This document shows, piece by piece, positions 58,128 through 64,000 of a stretch of 64,000 bases of DNA. This DNA is from Candidatus Latescibacterota bacterium (GTDB lineage: Bacteria > Krumholzibacteriota > Krumholzibacteriia > WVZY01 > JAKEHA01). The notes below the pieces were generated by a model. It was given only the letters and a program-made list of their open reading frames with translations. It did no database searches and was not told the origin of the DNA. The stretch covers positions 2,048,001 to 2,112,000 of the forward strand of contig OY970173.1 of the NCBI GenBank assembly GCA_963707635.1, in the 5' to 3' direction. The position numbers and the translations under genes are program-made. Within the stretch, counting starts at the first letter, position 1. Each line of letters starts with the position of its first letter.

Positions 58128-59063
58128 ATGTATCGAGACAAACAGATTGGAGTCGTGATTCCCGCCTACAACGTGGCCGACCACATTCGCCACGTGGTCG
58201 ACGGACTGCCGGCGCTGGTCGATCGCATTGTGGTGGTCAACGATGCGTCGAAAGACAGGACGTCCGAGGTGCTCGGGTCCCTGTCGGAACCGCGCGTGCA
58301 GGTGCTCGCGTTGCCCTCCAACACCGGCGTAGGGGGTGCGATGGTGGCGGGATTTCGAGCCGCTCTCGCCGGCGGTGTCGACATCGTCGTCAAGATGGAC
58401 GGCGACGGCCAGATGGACCCGCAGCAGCTCCCGCGTCTGCTCGACGCGATCATCGTCGATGGATTCGACTACGCGAAGGGCAACCGCTTTCTGGACAGCG
58501 ACGAGCTGGCGCAGATGCCCAAGCTGCGCCTCTTCGGGAACTTCATCCTGAGCTTTCTCACCAAGCTTTCGTCCGGGTACTGGAGTGTGTTCGATCCGCA
58601 GAACGGGTTCGTGGCGATCGACGCCGCCGTGCTCCGGAGGATCCCGCTCGACCGCCTGTCACGGCGCTACTTCTTCGAGAACGACATGCTCGTGCATCTC
58701 AACATCGTCCAGGCGCGCGTCAAGGACGTCGCCATTCCCGCGCGCTACGGTGACGAGCGCTCGTCGCTGCGGGTGTCGCAGGTGCTGGCCACGTTTCCGG
58801 CCTACCTGTGCCGCCGCTTCTGGTACCGCGTCTATCAACGCCACGTTCTGCGGGATTTCTCCGTCGTCGCCGTGTTCTGGGTCGTGGGCGCGGCGCTGGT
58901 CGTGTGGGGAGTCGGGTTCGGAGCGACCATGTGGGTGATTTCGGCCGTTTCCGGCCGCGTCGCGTCCACCGGCACGGTCATGCTGGCGGCGCTGCCATTG
59001 ATCCTCGGCTTCCAGCTCGTTCTGCAGGCGATCCTGATCGAAATCCAGGAGTCGTCGCGATGA
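58128..59063 (+). CDS. GT2 glycosyltransferase (DPM1-like) with two C-terminal TMs
   Basis: VIPAYN, VNDASKD, GVGGA, MDGDGQMDP, GNRF, DPQNGF, YFFEND. Confidence 0.92.
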   Translation: MYRDKQIGVVIPAYNVADHIRHVVDGLPALVDRIVVVNDASKDRTSEVLGSLSEPRVQVLALPSNTGVGGAMVAGFRAALAGGVDIVVKMDGDGQMDPQQLPRLLDAIIVDGFDYAKGNRFLDSDELAQMPKLRLFGNFILSFLTKLSSGYWSVFDPQNGFVAIDAAVLRRIPLDRLSRRYFFENDMLVHLNIVQARVKDVAIPARYGDERSSLRVSQVLATFPAYLCRRFWYRVYQRHVLRDFSVVAVFWVVGAALVVWGVGFGATMWVISAVSGRVASTGTVMLAALPLILGFQLVLQAILIEIQESSR

Positions 59064-59094
59064 CCTCCTCCCCCGCCTTCGCCCGGAGCGCTCC

Positions 59095-60069
59095 GTGAAA
59101 CGCAAGTTCGCGTTCGGGATCGCGATGAGCGGCGCATTCCTCTACCTGGCCACGCGCGGCATCGACTGGAACGCCTTCGCCGCCGCGGTGCAGCGGACAC
59201 GCGTCTGGCTGCTGGTCCCCGGCATCGTGTTCACGATGCTCGGACACTTCAGCCGCTCGGTGCGCTGGAAGTTCATGATGTCGCCGATCAAGGAATGCGC
59301 GGTGGGCCGGCTCTGGCCGGCCACGGCGATCGCGTTCATGGTCAACAATCTGCTCCCCGCGCGCCTGGGCGAGTTCGTCCGCGCGTACGTGATCGGACGC
59401 ACGGAGGAGGTCAGCAAGTCAGCCGCGTTCGCCACCATCGTCTACGAGCGCGTCGTCGACGTGTTCGTCCTGATCCTCCTGCTCTGGTACTGCATGATGC
59501 GGGTCGCGGGGCCCCCGTGGCTGCAGCGAAGCGCCACCCTGCTCCTGGTCTGCAACCTGGTCCTGTTCGGGCTGCTGGTGGCGATGGTGCGCTGGCGGGG
59601 CCATTTTCGGGCGCTGGTGGACCGCGGGGTGAGACCGCTACCCACCGAGACCCGGCGGAGAATCCACGGGTCCGCGAACGCGTTCGTCGACGGCCTGGGC
59701 GTGCTCACCCGCCCCGCCTCCAGCATCCCCATCGCGCTGCTGTCGGTGGCGGTGTGGGGGTTTGCAGCGCTCGGTATCTACTGCAGCGTGCTCGCGTGCC
59801 GGCTGGAGCTGCCCGCGATGGCGAGCGTCGTCCTGCTCGTGCTGATGTCGCTCGGGTCGATGATCCCATCGGCGCCAGCGTTCGTCGGCACCCTCCAATA
59901 CGCGTGCGTGGTGGGGCTCGGACTCTACGGCGTGGATCGCGGCGAAGCCCTCGCCTTCTCGGCCGTGTACCACGCGACTCAGTTCTTCCCGATCACCCTG
60001 GTCGGGCTATACTATGCGTGGCGTTCGCACCTGCGCCTGTCCGAGCTTTCCAACGGCCGGGCCGCGTGA
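59095..60069 (+). CDS. UPF0104 / lysylphosphatidylglycerol-synthase TM (flippase-like) protein
   Basis: RSVRWK, NNLLPARLGEFVRA, ERVVD, IPSAPAFVG. Confidence 0.88.
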   Translation: MKRKFAFGIAMSGAFLYLATRGIDWNAFAAAVQRTRVWLLVPGIVFTMLGHFSRSVRWKFMMSPIKECAVGRLWPATAIAFMVNNLLPARLGEFVRAYVIGRTEEVSKSAAFATIVYERVVDVFVLILLLWYCMMRVAGPPWLQRSATLLLVCNLVLFGLLVAMVRWRGHFRALVDRGVRPLPTETRRRIHGSANAFVDGLGVLTRPASSIPIALLSVAVWGFAALGIYCSVLACRLELPAMASVVLLVLMSLGSMIPSAPAFVGTLQYACVVGLGLYGVDRGEALAFSAVYHATQFFPITLVGLYYAWRSHLRLSELSNGRAA

Positions 60070-60131
60070 TGCGCCGCGCGGCTGGCCGGCATGTCGGTGC
60101 GTCAGACCATTCACATCACGGAGTCACACCC

Positions 60132-61118
60132 ATGGGTATTCGCCATTCGCTGATCACAGCCTCCCTCCTGTGCATCTTCCCCTCCTTCGCCGCGGCGGAT
60201 ACGGTGGTCATCGGTCCGCTCAAGGACACGACCGTGTACGCGGAAGACTCGACGCTCAGCAACGGGTCGGGGGAATATTTCTTCGCGGGGGACAACGGCA
60301 GCGGCAGTCCGCGGCGAGGGTTGATTGCCTTCGACATCGCAGCGTTCGTCCCGGCGGGTGCGACCGTGGACAGCGTCGAACTCACGCTCTCGATGTCGCA
60401 CACGTCGGTCGGCTCCGGGGCGCGTTCGATTGCCCTCCACCGTCTGCTGGCCGACTGGGGCGAAGGGCTTTCCGACGCCGAGGGCAACGAAGGCGGGGGT
60501 GCTCCCGCCACATCCGGCGATGCCACCTGGACGTTCCGATTCTTCAACACCGACGACTGGGCGGTGGAGGGCGGCGAATTCGTGCCGGCGGAGAGCGCGA
60601 CCCGCGTGGTCGAAGCCATCGGCGTCTACGTCTGGCGCTCGACCGGAATGCGGGACGACGTCCAGGGGTGGCTGGATTCGCCGTCGTCGAATTTCGGGTG
60701 GATTCTCGTCGGAGAAGAAACCGGGCCGCAAACCGCGAAGCGATTTGATTCCCGGCAGCGCGCCACCCCCGCCTCGCGTCCCACCCTCACCGTCTACTAC
60801 CGGCCCGCGCCCACCGGCGTCGGCGGGGCGCCGTCGATCGGCGCGCGACTGCTCGCGGTGTTTCCCAACCCGTTCAACCCGACGACCACGATTCGTTTCG
60901 AGCTCGACCGCCCGGCGAGCGTGCGCCTGTCGATCTGCGATGTCGGGGGGCGAGAGGTGCGCACACTCGTCGAGGGCGCGGTGGATGCGGGCGACCACGC
61001 GGTCGCGTGGAACGGAGCCGACGCCGACGGCGGCCGCGTCGCGTCCGGGGTGTACTTCGTGCGCATGAGCGTCGACGGAGTTGCCCCCCAGGTCCGCAAG
61101 CTCGTGCTCCTGAAATAG
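60132..61118 (+). CDS. Secreted DNRLRE-like domain protein with C-terminal FlgD-Ig (T9SS-like sorting) domain
   Basis: Signal peptide; KDTT...RRGLIAFD...DWGEG...ATW...VQGWLDSPSSNFGW...RPTLTV; FPNPFNPTTTIRF...WNG...VASGVYF. Confidence 0.85.
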   Translation: MGIRHSLITASLLCIFPSFAAADTVVIGPLKDTTVYAEDSTLSNGSGEYFFAGDNGSGSPRRGLIAFDIAAFVPAGATVDSVELTLSMSHTSVGSGARSIALHRLLADWGEGLSDAEGNEGGGAPATSGDATWTFRFFNTDDWAVEGGEFVPAESATRVVEAIGVYVWRSTGMRDDVQGWLDSPSSNFGWILVGEETGPQTAKRFDSRQRATPASRPTLTVYYRPAPTGVGGAPSIGARLLAVFPNPFNPTTTIRFELDRPASVRLSICDVGGREVRTLVEGAVDAGDHAVAWNGADADGGRVASGVYFVRMSVDGVAPQVRKLVLLK

Positions 61119-61121
61119 GCG

Positions 61122-61889
61122 CTAGCGGCCGGCCCCGATCGCCTCGAGCACTTCCGTGGCCACCATTTCCCCCAGCCGCTCGATCATCTCCACGCCGTGC
61201 GCCGCGCTAGCGCGCGCGGGGGCGCCGGCGTACGCGCGGTCGAGCCCCATGGCGCGAAAGGTGACGATTCCCGCGGCGAGCCGCTCGGACAGGCTGACGT
61301 CGACGTCGGGGAGCGCGGCGCGGATGTCCTCGCGCACCGTCTCCGGGCTAGCGGCCTGCACAATCGATGTTTCGTACTCGCCGGCGTGGCACGCTCCGCG
61401 CTTGAACTCGTCGGAGAGGGTGCGGCCCCAGCGACGCGCGAGCGGGGATGCGACACTCACCCGCGCCGGCTGGAACTCCGCGACCGCCGCGCGAACCGCG
61501 GCGTCGTGCGCCGGTTCCAGGTGATTATTGACCACGCTCACGTGGGAGGCGCCCGTGCCCAGCCAGCCCGCCACGACCCCGCGTAGATAGGCCGAGAACA
61601 CGGCCGCTCCCACGCCGGCTGCGCCGGCGAACTCCCGGGCGCAGTCGGTGACCCCGTACGCGACGTCGGGAGCGACGAGTCCGCGCACGCCACGTGCGTC
61701 GAGCAGACCGACGGCGCGCGCGCAGGCGGCGCGCGAAATGATCAGGTCCGTGTCCAGCGGCAGGTGCGGTCCGTGCGGTTCGATCGCGCCCACCGGCACG
61801 AGCACCGCCACCGGTTTCGCCCCGTCCAGGACCTCCGCGAACTCCTCGGTGGTCATGCGCGCGATGAAGATCGCCGGCGCTAGCGCCAT
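61122..61889 (-). CDS. Creatininase-family amidohydrolase
   Basis: PVGAIEPHGPHLPLDTD, NNH, HAGEYETS. Confidence 0.88.
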   Translation of the reverse strand: MALAPAIFIARMTTEEFAEVLDGAKPVAVLVPVGAIEPHGPHLPLDTDLIISRAACARAVGLLDARGVRGLVAPDVAYGVTDCAREFAGAAGVGAAVFSAYLRGVVAGWLGTGASHVSVVNNHLEPAHDAAVRAAVAEFQPARVSVASPLARRWGRTLSDEFKRGACHAGEYETSIVQAASPETVREDIRAALPDVDVSLSERLAAGIVTFRAMGLDRAYAGAPARASAAHGVEMIERLGEMVATEVLEAIGAGR

Positions 61890-63565
61890 GGGTTCGCCCC
61901 CTGGCGTTCACGCTCCAGCAGAGACTTCTTGTCGACCTTGCCGCGGTCGTTCCTGGGAAGGTCGTCGACGAACACCACCCAGCGCGGATACTTGTGTTTC
62001 GAGAGACGACCCTTGACGTGTTCCTGCAACTCCGCACGCAGACCGTCGAGGTCGGCGCGGCCGACCCCCTCGCGCAGCACGACGAATGCCTTCGGCTTGG
62101 TGAGCGATTCCTCCTCGGCGGGAATTACCGCGGCGAGCCCCACCGCTGGATGCTCGAGGAGGCACTCCTCGATCTCGAGCGGGGCCACGAATACGCCGCC
62201 GACCTTGAAGAGGCTGTCCGCGCGCCCGCAGAACCACAGGTATCCGGCTGCGTCCATTCGGAACAGATCGCCGGTGCGGCACCAGTGCCCATGGAAGGTC
62301 TCCCAGCTCTTTTCGCGGTCCTGGTGATACGCCAGCGCCACGCTGTCGCCGCGCACCCACATCACGCCGACCTCGCCGCGGGCGGCTTCCGGCGCGCCGG
62401 GCGTGTTCGCGTCGGTGGGAAGGATGCGGATCTCGTAGCCCTCGACCGCGCGGCCCAGCGAGCCGGGCTTGATGTCGCCGGGCCGGTTCGACGCGTAGAT
62501 ATGAAACATCTCCGCCGACCCGATGCCGTCGTAGACGTCGTTTCCAAATCGCTGGACGAAGCGCTCGAGCAGGGGCGGCGGCAGCGCTTCGCCCGCCGAG
62601 AGGTGGAAGCGGATGCAACCGAGATCGAGCGGCGTCGCACCCCGCGCGCGCAGAGCGTCGTCGTGGTCGAGCAGCTTGGCCATCATGGTCGGGACATTGG
62701 TGACGATGGTCGGACGATACATCGCGATCGCGGCCGCGAGCGATTCCGCCGTGGGACGCTCCGAGAAGAGACAGGTGGTGGCGCCGACCGCGAACGGAAA
62801 CATCAGGTTCGTGCCCGTCGCATAGCCGAAGAACAGCCCGGGGACGCTGACGGTGAGGTCGTCGCGCCGGTAACCCACCGTGCGCTTCGCGTAGACCTCG
62901 GTGTTGTAGGCAAAGTCGCGGTGGGTATGAATCGCCGCCTTGGGCGCCCCGGTCGATCCCGACGTGAACAACCACACCGCCACGTCGTCGCGACGCGTGC
63001 CGGCGTCGCGAAACTCGATGCGCTCGCCCGCGCGGATGGCGTCGGTCAGCGAATGCACCGGGAACGCAGCTCCCTGGCACGCCGGCGGCACCGGACAGAC
63101 TCCCTCCGGGTCGTCGCCCGTCGCCACGTCCGGGACGAGAAACACCGCCTTGAGGAAGGAAAGCGCGCGCAGCTTCTCCGCCAGCGCGGCGGCCACGGCC
63201 GGCACGGTGATCAACGCGGCGGCGCGCGTGTACTCCATTACATACGCGAGGTCGGCGGTCGGGGCGACGGGGTTGCCCATCGCCACCACGGCGCCGGCCG
63301 CGAGTGTCCCCATGAAACTCCACGCGAAGGGCGGCGTGTCGGGTAGAACGATGTAGACCCTCGCTTCGGGCGTCACCCCGGCCGCGCGCAAACTGCTCGC
63401 GAGCGCCCGCGCGCGCGCCGCGCACTGCGCGTAGGTGTACCCGCGATCGCCGTAGCGCACGGCGACCCGGTTGCCGTCGCCCTCGCGCACCCGGTCGAAG
63501 AGAAAATAGTCGGCCAGGTTGAACGCGTCGGGAAAGACGGGGCGGGTCGGGCTGGCCGCGGACAC
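61880..63565 (-). CDS. Benzoate/2-aminobenzoate-CoA ligase family protein
   Basis: FTSGSTGAPK, LFFGYATG, SAGEALP, DGIGSAEMFHIY, TGD, KYPRW, GKV. Confidence 0.9.
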   Translation of the reverse strand: MSAASPTRPVFPDAFNLADYFLFDRVREGDGNRVAVRYGDRGYTYAQCAARARALASSLRAAGVTPEARVYIVLPDTPPFAWSFMGTLAAGAVVAMGNPVAPTADLAYVMEYTRAAALITVPAVAAALAEKLRALSFLKAVFLVPDVATGDDPEGVCPVPPACQGAAFPVHSLTDAIRAGERIEFRDAGTRRDDVAVWLFTSGSTGAPKAAIHTHRDFAYNTEVYAKRTVGYRRDDLTVSVPGLFFGYATGTNLMFPFAVGATTCLFSERPTAESLAAAIAMYRPTIVTNVPTMMAKLLDHDDALRARGATPLDLGCIRFHLSAGEALPPPLLERFVQRFGNDVYDGIGSAEMFHIYASNRPGDIKPGSLGRAVEGYEIRILPTDANTPGAPEAARGEVGVMWVRGDSVALAYHQDREKSWETFHGHWCRTGDLFRMDAAGYLWFCGRADSLFKVGGVFVAPLEIEECLLEHPAVGLAAVIPAEEESLTKPKAFVVLREGVGRADLDGLRAELQEHVKGRLSKHKYPRWVVFVDDLPRNDRGKVDKKSLLERERQGANPWR

Positions 63566-63569
63566 GGCG

Positions 63570-63974
63570 CTACTCCCCGCCGTCCGGGATCACCGCGGTG
63601 GCTTCGATTTCGACGCGCGCGTTCGATTCCACCAATCCCGCCACACCGACCAGCGTCATGGCGGGAAAGTGCGCGCCCATGACCGAGCGGTACGCGTCCC
63701 CGATGGGGCCGAGCGCTCGCCGGTACTCGTCCACGTCCACCACGTACCAGGTCATCCGCACGACGTGGCGCGGAGAGGCTCCCGCGCACGCGAGCACCGC
63801 GACCACGTTGCGGAGCGCTTGCGCGGTCTGCGTCGGCAAATCGTTTCCCACCAGAACCCCGTCCACGCCGAACGCCACCTGCCCCGCCACGAACACCATG
63901 CGGCCGCGCGCCTCCATCCCGTGGCTGTACCCGCTCGGGCGCTTCCATCCGTCCGGCTGCAGCGTGCGACTCAC
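63570..63974 (-). CDS. RidA/YjgF family protein
   Basis: LQPDGWKRPSGYSHG, VAGQV, FPAMTLV, VEIEATA. Confidence 0.9.
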   Translation of the reverse strand: MSRTLQPDGWKRPSGYSHGMEARGRMVFVAGQVAFGVDGVLVGNDLPTQTAQALRNVVAVLACAGASPRHVVRMTWYVVDVDEYRRALGPIGDAYRSVMGAHFPAMTLVGVAGLVESNARVEIEATAVIPDGGE

Positions 63975-64000
63975 GACCTCGCCCCTTCGATCAGTGTGCG
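63971..64000 (-). CDS. 3' end of an upstream gene (partial)
   Basis: Reads RTLIEGARS* with TGA overlapping the RidA GTG; too short to identify. Confidence 0.4.
   Translation of the reverse strand, partial: RTLIEGARS

Noticed and set aside
1..64000. Many long Arg/Ala/Pro-rich or antisense ORFs in the track (e.g. 36840-39641 minus, 16733-18814 plus, 24925-27255 plus)
   Set aside because: Shadow frames of real genes in high-GC DNA with few stop codons; no family motifs.

Overview
High-GC bacterial window, probably from an FCB-related lineage such as Krumholzibacteriota or Latescibacterota. This is inferred only from a secreted protein with a PNPFNP/FlgD-Ig tail. Contents in order: (1) 1-13.5 kb, a Wzy-type exopolysaccharide cluster (OPX, polysaccharide co-polymerase, separate BY-kinase, GT4s, nucleotide-sugar enzymes) headed by a GAF-GGDEF cyclase, with two near-consensus sigma54 promoters. 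(2) 14-35.8 kb, housekeeping genes: tRNA-Arg, recN, nadK, dxs, ispA, xseAB, folD, ymdB, an internally deleted rny, 6S RNA, zapA, pheST, rplT, rpmI, infC with ATC start and L20-like leader, thrS, tRNA-Val, dnaK and cca. An unannotated promoter-driven ~125-nt structured RNA candidate lies in this block. (3) 36.8-46.7 kb, the most unusual part: an operon with PAPS synthesis genes (sat, cysC), four Ser/Thr-nucleophile alkaline-phosphatase-superfamily paralogues of different predicted topology, two small RHH-like proteins and a DUF106/EMC3-like membrane protein. It contains no recognisable sulfotransferase, and the two RHH proteins and CysC share a C-terminal L-x-x-LGY peptide. It is a candidate non-canonical trans-envelope sulfation system. 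(4) 46.7-64 kb: tRNA-Leu(TAA), M14 peptidase, amidohydrolase, Ser/Thr kinase plus PP2C, a glycosylation mini-locus, and the end of a benzoate/aminobenzoate-CoA ligase operon. Three single-base apparent frameshifts suggest residual sequencing errors. All family calls come from motif recognition by eye; no searches were run.
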